IMG/VR virus record: IMGVR_UViG_3300025875_000003 | Coordinates: 1-64,000 of that record | Strand: one strand, 5' to 3' | Length of the DNA stretch: 64,000 nt | From: a virus | Part shown: in pieces, positions 19,760 to 29,440 of the stretch | Position numbering within the stretch: the stretch's first letter is position 1 | Layout: each line of letters starts with the position of its first letter | Made by a program: the position numbers and the translations under genes | Notes under the pieces: generated by a model | Databases searched by the model: none | What the model saw: only the letters and a program-made list of their open reading frames with translations | Told to the model about the DNA's origin: nothing

Positions 19760-20074
19760 ATGGCTAAGAATAAGCACCCCTACGCCGTTCGCCAGCAGAG
19801 GTCCGGCTACACCGGCCAGGTGTCCTACATCGTCGTCCTGAACCCTGGCGGAAGACGCGTGTCCGTTCACGCCATGTCCCGCGAGCAGGCCCAGGCATCT
19901 GCTGACGGTCTGAACATTGGGGCCATGGTGAAGGACTACGCGGACGATCCCCGTCCGTACGCGGAGCGCCTGGCAGAGGCGCAGGCGTTGCATGCCCGGG
20001 AACAGGAGATTGAGCGTCTTGCCGCGTTCGTCCGTACGCGCAAGCCCGCCGAGGGCGGAGGAGAAGAATCGTGA
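19760..20074 (+). CDS. hypothetical protein
   Basis: GAGGAGAAGAATC-ATG. Confidence 0.75.
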   Translation: MAKNKHPYAVRQQRSGYTGQVSYIVVLNPGGRRVSVHAMSREQAQASADGLNIGAMVKDYADDPRPYAERLAEAQALHAREQEIERLAAFVRTRKPAEGGGEES

Positions 20075-20253
20075 CCGGCTGGCTGATCGCAGGACTGGTT
20101 ATCGGGCTGCTGTGCATCCCGTTCTGGGTAGAGGCCGACAAGAACCCCGAGACGTGGGGGAGAAGCCATCCTCTGGGCCACCTGTGGCATCTTTCTCATC
20201 GCTATGTGCGGCGGAGGACTGATCTTCGCGTAAGGGTTGCACATGTCGCTTGA
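20071..20253 (+). CDS. small membrane protein
   Basis: GAGGAGAAGAATC-GTG; TM helix. Confidence 0.6.
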   Translation: MTGWLIAGLVIGLLCIPFWVEADKNPETWGRSHPLGHLWHLSHRYVRRRTDLRVRVAHVA

Positions 20254-20265
20254 CTGCGCTAGAGT
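20236..20265 (+). promoter_or_regulatory. repeat promoter copy 8
   Basis: TTGCAC-17-TAGAGT. Confidence 0.8.
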
Positions 20266-20303
20266 TGAGCCAACAGCACGAACCGAACACACCGGAGGTC
20301 ACC

Positions 20304-20531
20304 ATGAGCAACTACGCGGCGCAAGCAACGGGCTTCTCCCTCACCTCTGAGGACGTGCAGAACCTGCGAGAGGACTTCCCCATCGAGCGCATCGAGCGTC
20401 AGATGAACATCCGCGAGCGCCAGGCGTACATGGCCGAGACGGGTCGCAGCCTCGCTGAGGTGGTCGAGGCATCGACGGCTCAGATCACCAAGTTCCTGTC
20501 GGACGCCAACTACTCCAGCAGCAACAAGTGA
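20304..20531 (+). CDS. hypothetical protein
   Basis: SD GGAGG. Confidence 0.7.
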   Translation: MSNYAAQATGFSLTSEDVQNLREDFPIERIERQMNIRERQAYMAETGRSLAEVVEASTAQITKFLSDANYSSSNK

Positions 20532-20779
20532 TCCAGGCAGGCGGGTACCAGCGCGAGGTGGACGCAGAGCGCATCATGACGCCGCAGCAGCGTCGAGCGC
20601 TCGCCCACTTCAAGATTCACGAAGCCATGCGCCGGATAGGCACTGCCACGGCTCTGCGTGACGAGCACACCGCAGAGCACGGAGCCACCATCGCGTGCAA
20701 GTACGAGAAGGAGCGCACCGCGTGGGTCAAGCACCTGAGCGCTCTGCGGATCTACCGCGACAGCATCCCCAACGTCTGA
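20528..20779 (+). CDS. hypothetical protein
   Basis: GTGA overlap. Confidence 0.65.
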   Translation: MIQAGGYQREVDAERIMTPQQRRALAHFKIHEAMRRIGTATALRDEHTAEHGATIACKYEKERTAWVKHLSALRIYRDSIPNV

Positions 20780-20790
20780 GGAGAAGAATC

Positions 20791-21126
20791 ATGCAGCGTC
20801 GTCACACAGAGAGGCCCGCGGGATACAGCGTGTCTCACCTGGAGCCTGAGGAGCGGATCGCGCAACTGGAGCGCATGCTGGAGCGTGAGCGTGCCAAGGC
20901 CAAGCGTCACCGCACACGGCTGGCTGACGTGACCACGCGCATGGCTACCGAATGGGCTTCCCTCATCAGGGAGGGCATGGAGCGGGCATGGGAAGAGGGC
21001 TGGCAGGAGGGTATCGCACACGCCTCTAGCGTTAATCAGTCACCGACCGACCCGAGCCTGTGGGTCATCCCCGAGAAGAACCCGTACGCCACTGAGGAGA
21101 AGAATCATGGTCACCTGGCCCACTGA
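20791..21126 (+). CDS. coiled-coil protein with AWEEGW...NPY motif
   Basis: linker RBS; motif. Confidence 0.7.
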   Translation: MQRRHTERPAGYSVSHLEPEERIAQLERMLERERAKAKRHRTRLADVTTRMATEWASLIREGMERAWEEGWQEGIAHASSVNQSPTDPSLWVIPEKNPYATEEKNHGHLAH

Positions 21127-21358
21127 GAGCACTGTCCCCGTGACGCGCAACGCTCTTGCCTCTGCATGGGCGGAAGCCAACGGCTGGGCTGAGCATGGCT
21201 ACACCGAGGTTTCACGATCTTACTGGCGAGGCATGAGAGACACACTGGGAGTGCTGCTGGGCTACACCACCGAGCGGCCCACAGTCACGGGTCCGGGGGC
21301 CGACATCGCCGCTGACGTACTGCTGCGGCACCAACACCTGAGGAGCAGAGAAGCATGA
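21107..21358 (+). CDS. hypothetical protein
   Basis: linker RBS. Confidence 0.7.
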   Translation: MVTWPTESTVPVTRNALASAWAEANGWAEHGYTEVSRSYWRGMRDTLGVLLGYTTERPTVTGPGADIAADVLLRHQHLRSREA

Positions 21359-21567
21359 ACGAGATCTTGCGCGTCTACATGTCACGCGAAGAGTTGGACT
21401 ACCGAGGCACCATCCTGCCGAGAGAGTACGCGGTGCAGAACCAACACGGCATGGTGGTCGAGCGTTCCGAAGACCTGGCTGAGATTCGAGCCTACGTCGA
21501 TGCGCGCAAGACCGCAGATCCCAAGATCGGCGTCATCGACTTCACACAGCCACAGAGCAAGAATTGA
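21355..21567 (+). CDS. hypothetical protein
   Basis: ATGA overlap. Confidence 0.7.
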   Translation: MNEILRVYMSREELDYRGTILPREYAVQNQHGMVVERSEDLAEIRAYVDARKTADPKIGVIDFTQPQSKN

Positions 21568-21576
21568 GGAGCCGAC

Positions 21577-21840
21577 ATGAACACTAACGAGCGCTCTGCT
21601 GTCCGTACCGCGCTGATCGCACAGGGCTTCGCCCGCACGCACTACACGCAAGACTTCGGGGACGGCATCTACTCCGAGACGTGGACCCGCTACGAGCCGT
21701 CTGATCGACCGGGACAGCGTAGGATCGCCGCGAGCATCGTGCTTCAGTGGGGACCCAAGACCCCGGACAAGGCTGTTGTCCGCAGTGACGAGGACGTGGC
21801 CGAGTACACGCGCATCGAGCGTCCCACGTGGGTCTGCTGA
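21577..21840 (+). CDS. hypothetical protein
   Basis: SD GAGGAG. Confidence 0.7.
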   Translation: MNTNERSAVRTALIAQGFARTHYTQDFGDGIYSETWTRYEPSDRPGQRRIAASIVLQWGPKTPDKAVVRSDEDVAEYTRIERPTWVC

Positions 21841-21898
21841 ACCACTTAGACTTCTAGGGCTGGATAGCCCTCTGTCCCTACTTCCCGAAAGAAGAATC

Positions 21899-22126
21899 AT
21901 GAGTCCCAACGTCGAGGATCTGGCCGTTCAGGGATGCCACCGTTGCCGCTTGCTGGTCGAGGACATCCGTCTGGGTCGCTACACCCTCATGAACGCCATC
22001 AACATCAGACAGCAGACCACGAGGGCTGCGAGCATCGCCAAGGCTGACGCGCGTCTGGCCAAGGCGAAGGAAGGTCTCGCACACAACCGCGAGTACCTGC
22101 TGACTCACCTGGACGAGTCTCACTAG
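21899..22126 (+). CDS. hypothetical protein
   Basis: AGAAGAATC-ATG. Confidence 0.65.
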   Translation: MSPNVEDLAVQGCHRCRLLVEDIRLGRYTLMNAINIRQQTTRAASIAKADARLAKAKEGLAHNREYLLTHLDESH

Positions 22127-22130
22127 ATCC

Positions 22131-22160
22131 GTTGCGCATGTCGCATGACTGCGCTAGGCT
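22131..22160 (+). promoter_or_regulatory. repeat promoter copy 9
   Basis: TTGCGC-17-TAGGCT. Confidence 0.8.
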
Positions 22161-22193
22161 GGCACTACCAAGCCAACAGCACCGGAGGTCATC

Positions 22194-22331
22194 ATGATCG
22201 TTTTCGTTCGTTGGACCACAGCCGAGGGCGACACAGACTTCGCTCACCTCCCTAGCCGGAGCGCGGCAGCGCTCCGGGTGCGGGATCTGTTGAACGAGGG
22301 CGCAACTGACATCACAATTCGTCAGGACTGA
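22194..22331 (+). CDS. hypothetical protein (45 aa) upstream of kinase
   Basis: SD GGAGG. Confidence 0.6.
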   Translation: MIVFVRWTTAEGDTDFAHLPSRSAAALRVRDLLNEGATDITIRQD

Positions 22332-22337
22332 GGACTC

Positions 22338-23153
22338 ATGCACAAGATTCGGCTCATCGAGGGCGACGACGTTGGCACGCATGACGTGTGGATTCTGCGC
22401 GACACTAAAGGCACGCGGTACGCCTTCAAGCCTGTGTCCCACGAGCACCGCTGGCGCGCTGAGGTAGAGGCAGGTGCCAACAATCTTGCTCGCCTCTGGG
22501 GCTACCGCACTCCCGCAGCGCGTGTGGCTACCATCGACGGCGAGGACGGGCTTCTCATGCAGTTCGTGGAGCACCGGACATCTTTCCGAGGCATGCCGTA
22601 CTTCTCGATGCTCAGCGACGAGCAGATCGGACAGGTTGCGGCAGAGCACGTGCTGGACTGGATCTTGGACAACGATGACACGCATGCGTCGAATCTTCTG
22701 CTGGCCAACGACGGCGCAGTGGTGGGGATCGACAAGGGCCGCGCGTTCTTCGTCTACGGGAACTGGAACGGGCTGAGCGCTGACCACCGAGCCAACTCCA
22801 ACGCGCTGTTGGTCTACACGCGGCTGTACGAGGAGATCCGCATGGGTCGCATGACCGAGGAGCAGACCATGGTGGCCTACCAGGCTGCGATGACTGCGGC
22901 CCGCGTGATTCAAGATTCTGACGATGATGAGGTCGAGGCTTTGGTTCGCCAGGCCACGGCCAATCGCCCCAAGTGGAGCCGTCCGGGTTACATGACGCAC
23001 TACACCGACGAGCAGGCCCCGATCTGCCAGGACGACCTGATCTGTGCTCTGCTGGCCCGCAAGGCGTGGATCGTGACGGACATCGAGGAGATGTGGTGCC
23101 GCATCTTCGCGCGGTCCCCGTACTCCAAGCCGCGAAAGATGGTCCGAATCTGA
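22338..23153 (+). CDS. HipA/PI3-PI4-kinase-like protein kinase
   Basis: YAFKP, helix-C Glu, DWILDNDDTHASN, IDKG. Confidence 0.75.
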   Translation: MHKIRLIEGDDVGTHDVWILRDTKGTRYAFKPVSHEHRWRAEVEAGANNLARLWGYRTPAARVATIDGEDGLLMQFVEHRTSFRGMPYFSMLSDEQIGQVAAEHVLDWILDNDDTHASNLLLANDGAVVGIDKGRAFFVYGNWNGLSADHRANSNALLVYTRLYEEIRMGRMTEEQTMVAYQAAMTAARVIQDSDDDEVEALVRQATANRPKWSRPGYMTHYTDEQAPICQDDLICALLARKAWIVTDIEEMWCRIFARSPYSKPRKMVRI

Positions 23154-23154
23154 G

Positions 23155-23184
23155 GTTGCACTTGCTGCATGGCTGCGCTATGGT
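23155..23184 (+). promoter_or_regulatory. repeat promoter copy 10
   Basis: TTGCAC-17-TATGGT. Confidence 0.8.
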
Positions 23185-23215
23185 TGTCTTACTAGCCCGA
23201 ACCGAGGAGGACACC

Positions 23216-23401
23216 ATGAACACTGGCAGCATCTTGGTTCGTACGGTCGCAGCACTCTCGCACAAGCGACTGTCTGTGCGGCGCAGCGTGGGCTACCCGG
23301 ACACCGTGTGGATCACCGCTTCTGACGGCACGGGGAAGAAGATAGACGTGCAAGTGTACCGCGCTGACCTGCTGGCCGCTCTTGCTGCCAGCACTGACTA
23401 A
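23216..23401 (+). CDS. hypothetical protein
   Basis: GAGGAGGACACC-ATG. Confidence 0.7.
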   Translation: MNTGSILVRTVAALSHKRLSVRRSVGYPDTVWITASDGTGKKIDVQVYRADLLAALAASTD

Positions 23402-23412
23402 GGAGAAGAATC

Positions 23413-23583
23413 ATGGCTACCACCATGCTGCCCACCGCAGACGACATCCGAGCACAGGTGGCCGAGGAGATCGCACAGGCCATCGAGAAGCGGGCCGAGG
23501 GTCTGCACGAGACCAGTGACCAGCGGTGGACCTATGAGGCTTCCGCCCGTATCGCGCGGTCGTTCGCTACCCCCAAGCACTGA
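23413..23583 (+). CDS. hypothetical protein
   Basis: linker RBS. Confidence 0.65.
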   Translation: MATTMLPTADDIRAQVAEEIAQAIEKRAEGLHETSDQRWTYEASARIARSFATPKH

Positions 23584-23594
23584 GGAGAAGAATC

Positions 23595-23729
23595 ATGTTG
23601 GACGAACGAGCCATCTCCCTGCCTCCGTACATGCGCTGCGACTGCGGCAAGATCCACACCCGAGCCTTCATCAGCACGCTCTCGTTGTGCACGTGTGGTC
23701 GCAGACTCTGGGACATCATGTGGCGCTAG
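23595..23729 (+). CDS. small Zn-ribbon-like protein
   Basis: linker RBS; CDCG/CTCG. Confidence 0.6.
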   Translation: MLDERAISLPPYMRCDCGKIHTRAFISTLSLCTCGRRLWDIMWR

Positions 23730-23731
23730 GT

Positions 23732-23761
23732 GTTGCACATGCTGCATGACTGCGCTAGGCT
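23732..23761 (+). promoter_or_regulatory. repeat promoter copy 11
   Basis: TTGCAC-17-TAGGCT. Confidence 0.8.
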
Positions 23762-23792
23762 GTAGTCACTAGCCCGAACCGAGGAGGACACC

Positions 23793-24020
23793 ATGAGCGC
23801 ATACCGCACGCTGACCCGGACCCTGACCAACATGCATGCGTCCGAGCGAACGGCTTTCGATGCTTCCGACTCTTACAACTACACTCTGTCGCTCGTGAGC
23901 GCGGGTCGGGACGCCGAGGCCATTGCGATGGCACAGCAGTTTCGCACCTCTGAGGGTGACGACTGGCGCGCACGCGCCTTTGACGCTGGTCTCATTTCAA
24001 CCGCCGACTTCGTGAACTGA
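23793..24020 (+). CDS. hypothetical protein
   Basis: GAGGAGGACACC-ATG. Confidence 0.7.
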   Translation: MSAYRTLTRTLTNMHASERTAFDASDSYNYTLSLVSAGRDAEAIAMAQQFRTSEGDDWRARAFDAGLISTADFVN

Positions 24021-24031
24021 GGAGAAGAATC

Positions 24032-24238
24032 ATGGCTACTATCGAGACCGTTCCCGCGCAGTACACCGTCGTCCTGGACCAGACCGAGCGCGATGCTCTG
24101 GAGAGCGTGGTCATGCGAGCCGCCGTCCGAGACGGAGACTACAGCGAGGCCATGCGCCTGGCCGAGGCTCTGTTCTACGACAACAACCCTGAGGGTTTTT
24201 GGACCATGGTGGAGCGCTACCGTTCCTACAAGCACTGA
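24032..24238 (+). CDS. hypothetical protein
   Basis: linker RBS. Confidence 0.7.
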   Translation: MATIETVPAQYTVVLDQTERDALESVVMRAAVRDGDYSEAMRLAEALFYDNNPEGFWTMVERYRSYKH

Positions 24239-24250
24239 GGAGAAGAATCA

Positions 24251-24499
24251 ATGATCGGATTGCTCATTCTTGTCACGGTCTATCTTATCGTTATGGTTCT
24301 GACCTTCCGTCAGGGTGTGCGTTGGTATGACGCGGATGAAAGACGCCACGGTCGTCCGGGCGTTCAGGGATCGGACATGCCATACATCGCATTTCTTGCG
24401 CTGATCTGGCCCGGGGGTTTCTTCGCTCTAGGTCTGTGCTGCCATGCATGGAAGGGAGATCGATTCGTGAACGCAATCAAGCGCTGGTCGGGGGTCTGA
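24251..24499 (+). CDS. membrane protein (2 TM)
   Basis: linker RBS; two hydrophobic segments. Confidence 0.7.
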   Translation: MIGLLILVTVYLIVMVLTFRQGVRWYDADERRHGRPGVQGSDMPYIAFLALIWPGGFFALGLCCHAWKGDRFVNAIKRWSGV

Positions 24500-24699
24500 G
24501 AATCATGGCTGAGCACGTCAAGGGCTGCAATCGACGGCTGCTGGTCAAGTGGTCCGGCATGGCGTGCCGGTGTGGTGCTCGCTGGATCTGCCACTAATTC
24601 AAGAACCGGATCAACCGGACCCTCCACTATTAACAGAAATAACTAACTTCCTCTGTATGCGCTATGATGTAGTGACCCCATTACATCGGAGGCTGCTAA

Positions 24700-24921
24700 A
24701 TGTCGATTCGACTCTCTGTGTCCATGGCACTGGACGCTCTCGGTGACCAAGTGGTTGCGCTATCCGAGGCTGAGTCTGTGGTGGAGCAAGAGCGCGCACT
24801 GCGCGATGACATGATTCGTGACGCTAGAGAGTCTGGCATCGGTTACCGCACACTGACCAAGATCACAGGACTGTCCCGTGATCGCCTTTACACCATCGTC
24901 AACTCACCGAGCGGAGACTAA
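24700..24921 (+). CDS. HTH DNA-binding protein
   Basis: MIRDARESGIGYRTLTKITGLSRDRLYTIV. Confidence 0.7.
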   Translation: MSIRLSVSMALDALGDQVVALSEAESVVEQERALRDDMIRDARESGIGYRTLTKITGLSRDRLYTIVNSPSGD

Positions 24922-24923
24922 TC

Positions 24924-25109
24924 ATGAAGATTCACCTGACTGAGCCTATCGACCTTGATGACGAGCGCGTAGTTCAGGACGTACGCGGCAATGAGTTCTG
25001 CCGGGGTACGGATGAGGTGTGGTACTGGACCGCTTCGCGCATTGGCACGTTGTTAAGTCCTGAGCGCGCTATCGACATCGCTGATCACTACTACGCTATC
25101 GAGGACTGA
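24924..25109 (+). CDS. hypothetical protein, paralog of next gene
   Basis: N-terminus MKIHLTEPIDLD. Confidence 0.7.
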   Translation: MKIHLTEPIDLDDERVVQDVRGNEFCRGTDEVWYWTASRIGTLLSPERAIDIADHYYAIED

Positions 25110-25112
25110 CAC

Positions 25113-25247
25113 ATGGAGATTCACCTGACTGAGCCTATCGACCTGGACACCATCACGCCCGACGACGTTCTCACGGACGTGGACGGCTTTGAGTGGTTCC
25201 GCGATGCTGGCGGTACGTGGCAGATCATCCGACACGTGGAGGACTGA
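25113..25247 (+). CDS. hypothetical protein (44 aa), paralog of previous gene
   Basis: N-terminus MEIHLTEPIDLD. Confidence 0.65.
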   Translation: MEIHLTEPIDLDTITPDDVLTDVDGFEWFRDAGGTWQIIRHVED

Positions 25248-25248
25248 G

Positions 25249-25440
25249 ATGGACATCAAGCGCACTCCCGCCGAGTGGGAGCAGGTCACAGGTATTCGCA
25301 TCCTTGACCCTGACGGCTGGGACAGGAAGAATTTCGAGGTGGATTGGGCTATCCCGCTCACTGAGAAGGAATTCATCGCCAAGGCTTTCACGAGCACCAT
25401 CATCGACCGTTCGGGATACTTTGCGAGGAACGGATTGTGA
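25249..25440 (+). CDS. hypothetical protein
   Basis: SD GGAGG. Confidence 0.7.
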   Translation: MDIKRTPAEWEQVTGIRILDPDGWDRKNFEVDWAIPLTEKEFIAKAFTSTIIDRSGYFARNGL

Positions 25441-25604
25441 GCATGCATAGTCACGGCGTGCAGGGCAGGGTAGGTAAGTGGCTTGTCTGTCATTGTGGTG
25501 CAACTTTCCGTACCTTACGGGAACTGGTGGATCATATTCATGGTTCCGAGGAGGACACTCCTACTGTGCCTGCGTGGCTCGCTTCAGATCATTTCGAGGA
25601 CTAA

Positions 25605-26669
25605 GTGCTGACTTATCTTTCGATCCGCAATTATCAGTCACTGCATCACGTGGACCTCACCCTGTCCCCGTTCACTGTGATCGTCGGTCCCTCATCGAGT
25701 GGCAAGTCTGCGCTCACCCGTGCGCTGCGCACACTGGCCAACAACACACGAGGATCATCTTTTGTCTCTACGTGGGCTAAGCGCTCGGTCATCGAGGCAT
25801 CCTTTGCGCACCGTGGCACAGTCACGCTCACGCGCGGGGCAAAGACGGATGACAATTCCTACGTGCTCACTACTGAGCCTGACCTGCCCTCGCCCATGTT
25901 CACCAAGTTGGGTGGGGAGGTTCCCGAGGAGGTCTCAGCATTCTTGGGCATTGATTCTTCTATCACGTTCGCTGACCAGTTCGACAGGCCCTACCTGCTG
26001 GCTGACTCAGCGTCTGAGGTAGCACGCACCTTCGCTGCACTGACCAACGTGCACACGGTCTTCGCTGCGGCACGTGAGGCCAATAGGACACGCCTGGAGC
26101 GCTCAGGACGGCACAAGATCCGTCTAGCGGACCTGGAGGGCATCAAGGCACAGAGAGAGGCTTTCAAGGCCCTTGGTGTGCGTCTGGCTAAGCAGCGTGA
26201 GGCTGAGATCCGGCTGGGTCGTGCACAGTCTCTGAATGAGCAGACAGACAGGCTGATCCTGTGGGCTCAGCAGTTGAGTAGAGCCAATGAGTTCATCGAG
26301 GCAACATTAAGAATCTTGTCCAAGCCTGTGCCATCCCTAGATCGTGTCGAGGATCTGGACTCACAGTCCCGCTACATCCGGCATCATCTGGGTCTCATCG
26401 AGGCCTATGACGAGATCATTGAGCGCACCCTGTGGGATCGAGATGTACCTAGTCTCACAGCAGCAGAGCAGGCACACACAGCGCTGACTAACTATCGCGC
26501 TGCACTAGTGCGTATCAAGAAAAGCAAGACTGCGCTTATCGATGCTACTGTGATCCTGGAAGAAGAAACGTACGCACTACAGGCAGCACAGGAGCATTAT
26601 CAAGAGGAACTGTCTGCGCTAGGTCACTGCCCTACATGCGGTCAAGACACTACACACATTCACGCCTGA
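25605..26669 (+). CDS. Rad50/SbcC-like ATPase, N-terminal half ending at the zinc hook
   Basis: IRNYQS, GPSSSGKS, coiled coil, C-terminal CPTCG. Confidence 0.8.
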   Translation: MLTYLSIRNYQSLHHVDLTLSPFTVIVGPSSSGKSALTRALRTLANNTRGSSFVSTWAKRSVIEASFAHRGTVTLTRGAKTDDNSYVLTTEPDLPSPMFTKLGGEVPEEVSAFLGIDSSITFADQFDRPYLLADSASEVARTFAALTNVHTVFAAAREANRTRLERSGRHKIRLADLEGIKAQREAFKALGVRLAKQREAEIRLGRAQSLNEQTDRLILWAQQLSRANEFIEATLRILSKPVPSLDRVEDLDSQSRYIRHHLGLIEAYDEIIERTLWDRDVPSLTAAEQAHTALTNYRAALVRIKKSKTALIDATVILEEETYALQAAQEHYQEELSALGHCPTCGQDTTHIHA

Positions 26670-26694
26670 CGGCGACTACGCACTGAGGAGAATT

Positions 26695-26844
26695 ATGAGT
26701 GACAACTCTAATGTTCTGAACGATGTCATCGCTGAGATTAAGCGTAAGTCTCAGAACGGTTGGGTAACTGTGAGAACGGATGATCTGATCGGTGCGCTTC
26801 GTCAGGTTCAGGCTCACCTTCGTAACGAGGAAAATCATGACTGA
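26695..26844 (+). CDS. hypothetical protein (49 aa)
   Basis: SD GAGGAG. Confidence 0.55.
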   Translation: MSDNSNVLNDVIAEIKRKSQNGWVTVRTDDLIGALRQVQAHLRNEENHD

Positions 26845-27112
26845 GATCACTCGTGCAGAGCAAAGGGCTGCGCTGGAGTCCATGCAAGATTACGTACAGG
26901 CCCAGATCAACGCCACGTTGGAGCACGCTGACAAGGATGGCTACGTGGCCATTAGCGCACAGACAGTAGCGGACACACTGAGCCGTCTGGCCAACATGCT
27001 GACCAACGTGGCTTATGACCTATGGGACGCACAGGACACCATTTCGGATCTGCGTGCACAGATCGAGTCTTTGGATGTGGACGGCACAGACCACTACTAT
27101 GAGGATGACTGA
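26837..27112 (+). CDS. hypothetical protein
   Basis: SD GAGG. Confidence 0.7.
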   Translation: MTEITRAEQRAALESMQDYVQAQINATLEHADKDGYVAISAQTVADTLSRLANMLTNVAYDLWDAQDTISDLRAQIESLDVDGTDHYYEDD

Positions 27113-27115
27113 CAC

Positions 27116-27385
27116 ATGAGCGCATCTAGCCAAGCGGTCCCGACTACGGTCGAGATGATCGATGGAATCATTAGTGACATCATGTTTCGAGGTCTGCCTA
27201 GCGATAACGCCGATCTGGTCATCGGGCTGCTAGGATCACTGTGCGATGGGATGAAGGTGCTAGCCGCTGAGGTGAATACGCTGGAATCTTCCCTGTCTTC
27301 GCTCTCGCAGGCATGGGACGAGGGCTATACCGCATCTGCGCAGGACGCTATCGACGGCACAGGAGGAGTGAATCCCTATGCCTGA
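27116..27385 (+). CDS. protein with AWDEGY...NPY motif
   Basis: TGACACATG coupling; motif. Confidence 0.7.
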   Translation: MSASSQAVPTTVEMIDGIISDIMFRGLPSDNADLVIGLLGSLCDGMKVLAAEVNTLESSLSSLSQAWDEGYTASAQDAIDGTGGVNPYA

Positions 27386-27641
27386 CAAGAACCCGGTAGT
27401 GGTGCAGAAGACCGCTTATAGGGCAAAGCAGGCATGGATCTTGATTCTTATGCTCTCTGGGGCGCTAGAAGCATATGGCGTAATCCATCCAGATAAGGAT
27501 GACACGCTCTCTGAGGTCACCCGGTGGGTATGGAACACTGACACCAAGACGGGAAAGTGGCTGTTCGGATCATTCTGGGTTGCTTTCGCTATTTGGTTCC
27601 TGCCACACATCGTCAAGATTGAGAGGGCCAAGCATGGCTGA
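27378..27641 (+). CDS. membrane protein (2 TM)
   Basis: hydrophobic segments. Confidence 0.7.
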   Translation: MPDKNPVVVQKTAYRAKQAWILILMLSGALEAYGVIHPDKDDTLSEVTRWVWNTDTKTGKWLFGSFWVAFAIWFLPHIVKIERAKHG

Positions 27642-27852
27642 CACGAGGCAATCACTACAGGTGGCCATAGAGGACGCTTTGATGGCTCAGTGGGCCGATG
27701 GGGCACGGGCAGGCGTTGGGGCGCTTACAGGTGCCGTAGAAGCCGTCCTGAGGGCACAGGAGCAGGCACTGCACTACAGCATCCCTACTGACGTAGTGAG
27801 AGCAGCGCTGCGGGAAGTATCCGAGGGCTTGATTCAAGAAATGGAGCGCTGA
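27634..27852 (+). CDS. hypothetical protein
   Basis: overlap with upstream stop. Confidence 0.65.
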   Translation: MADTRQSLQVAIEDALMAQWADGARAGVGALTGAVEAVLRAQEQALHYSIPTDVVRAALREVSEGLIQEMER

Positions 27853-27855
27853 CAC

Positions 27856-28101
27856 ATGGAATGGCTTCTGGGTTGCTTTGCGCTATTCGCTATCATCTTC
27901 GGCACCGGGTGCATCGCTATGTCTCATAGTTTCGAGCCGCCTGGGTATGAACAAGAGACGTATTCCATAGATAATGAAACCATGGCCAAGATCATCACAG
28001 CCGTGAGGGCAGATGCGTGGAACGAGGGTTATGCCGCATCGCAGAGCACTCTAGGCAAGCGTCCTGACTACCCTCCGGTCAATCCCTATCGTCAAGGGTA
28101 G
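27856..28101 (+). CDS. membrane protein with AWNEGY...NPY motif
   Basis: N-terminal TM; motif. Confidence 0.7.
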   Translation: MEWLLGCFALFAIIFGTGCIAMSHSFEPPGYEQETYSIDNETMAKIITAVRADAWNEGYAASQSTLGKRPDYPPVNPYRQG

Positions 28102-28771
28102 AGTTAGGCGTATCACTAGTAGAACCCGACAAGAATCGAGAAGAACATGGTTGGACTAGTGGGCGTGGTAGTGGCTTTCGCAAGCCTGGCTATGCTCTTC
28201 GCCACAGGGACAGTGTTCCCATGGCTGTTTGCCTGGTTGGTGGGTGTGACGATGCTGATTGCCGATGATTCTTTAGGAAGGAAGTAAGATGACCACGTAT
28301 GAGGTTCCGTTTTCGCTATTCGGCACTGCCACCGTCGAGGCTGATTCCCCCGAGGAGGCGCAAACTCTTGTTCTGGATGGGGCCATGGACTGGTCTGGGG
28401 ACATCGATTGGGATCACCTTGCTGTCGGTGGGGCTGACGTGTACGCGCCTGAGGAGATCTGATGGACAAGATTGACGTAGCCGAGTTTCTTGCTCTGCAC
28501 CTGGACGAAGACGTCATCGAGGATCTAGGTCACGTACTCGCTGCGGTAGACGCCCATGATTACGCTAGTGTGATTCTTGAAACCGACCATGGCGACTTCC
28601 GCTTGAAGGTCACGAGACTGAGGGAATTCTGATGGACAACATTTACGCTAGTGACCTGTTCAAGTACTCCGAGTGGCTAGACTCTCAGAGCCTCATGGTG
28701 GGAACAGATGAGAGCGCAGACAAGCGCACACATGAGGAATTGGTCCGAGACTTCCTGAGGGGAAGAGACGA

Positions 28772-29440
28772 GTGAGCAAGAGCACGCTACCTCTGCTGAT
28801 CGGCATGGGAGGGCTAAAGACATCCGGCAAGGATGCCGCTAGCGACTTCCTGGTGCAGCACAGAGGCTTTGTCAAGATCGGCATGTCTGCGGGGCTGCAT
28901 GAGTGCCTGATGGCTCTGAACCCGTGGGTGCGGGTCACACCCACAGACGTGCAGAACCTCGCCGCTGCAGGTATCCGCGTACCTGCGGACATGCTGGACA
29001 TTCACACCATCTGGCGTAGGTATGCCGACCTGGAGCGTGCTCTGGGCTACACCGACATGAAGATTATTGCTGAGGTGCGCTCGCTTCAGCAGCGCATGGG
29101 TACCGAGGTAGGCCGGGATCTGATCGATCAGAACATCTGGACCGACATGACTGCCCGCACGGTGCAGCGGCTACGCGAGGACGGTCACCCCGTAGTGGTC
29201 ACGGGCATCCGGTACAGCAACGAATTGAAGATGATTCGTAGGCTGGACGGCAGGAGCATCTGGGTAGATCGTCCTAGCGTGCGCCTGGCACAGGGGCAGC
29301 ATCCGACGCTGGACACGCACAGCAGCGAGACGAGCCTGGATCATCACTCGTTCGACCGGCTGCTGAGCAACGACGGGACGCTGGACTGTCTGCGGGAGCG
29401 CGTGCTGGATCTGGTGGAAGACATGGGTCTGACTGCGTAA
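28772..29440 (+). CDS. deoxynucleoside monophosphate kinase
   Basis: GLKTSGKD, RSLQQRMGTEVGR, VVTGIRYSNE, H-SE motif. Confidence 0.85.
   Translation: MSKSTLPLLIGMGGLKTSGKDAASDFLVQHRGFVKIGMSAGLHECLMALNPWVRVTPTDVQNLAAAGIRVPADMLDIHTIWRRYADLERALGYTDMKIIAEVRSLQQRMGTEVGRDLIDQNIWTDMTARTVQRLREDGHPVVVTGIRYSNELKMIRRLDGRSIWVDRPSVRLAQGQHPTLDTHSSETSLDHHSFDRLLSNDGTLDCLRERVLDLVEDMGLTA

Noticed and set aside
24640-24668. TGCGC-TATGAT upstream of the HTH gene as a full repeat promoter
   Set aside because: The -35 position reads TAACTA; only the -10 half matches, so it was not counted
16768-27115. Many small proteins ending in ED or HYYE(E/D)D
   Set aside because: Mostly explained by the next gene's SD (GAGGA) overlapping the last codons before TGACATG, not a protein motif
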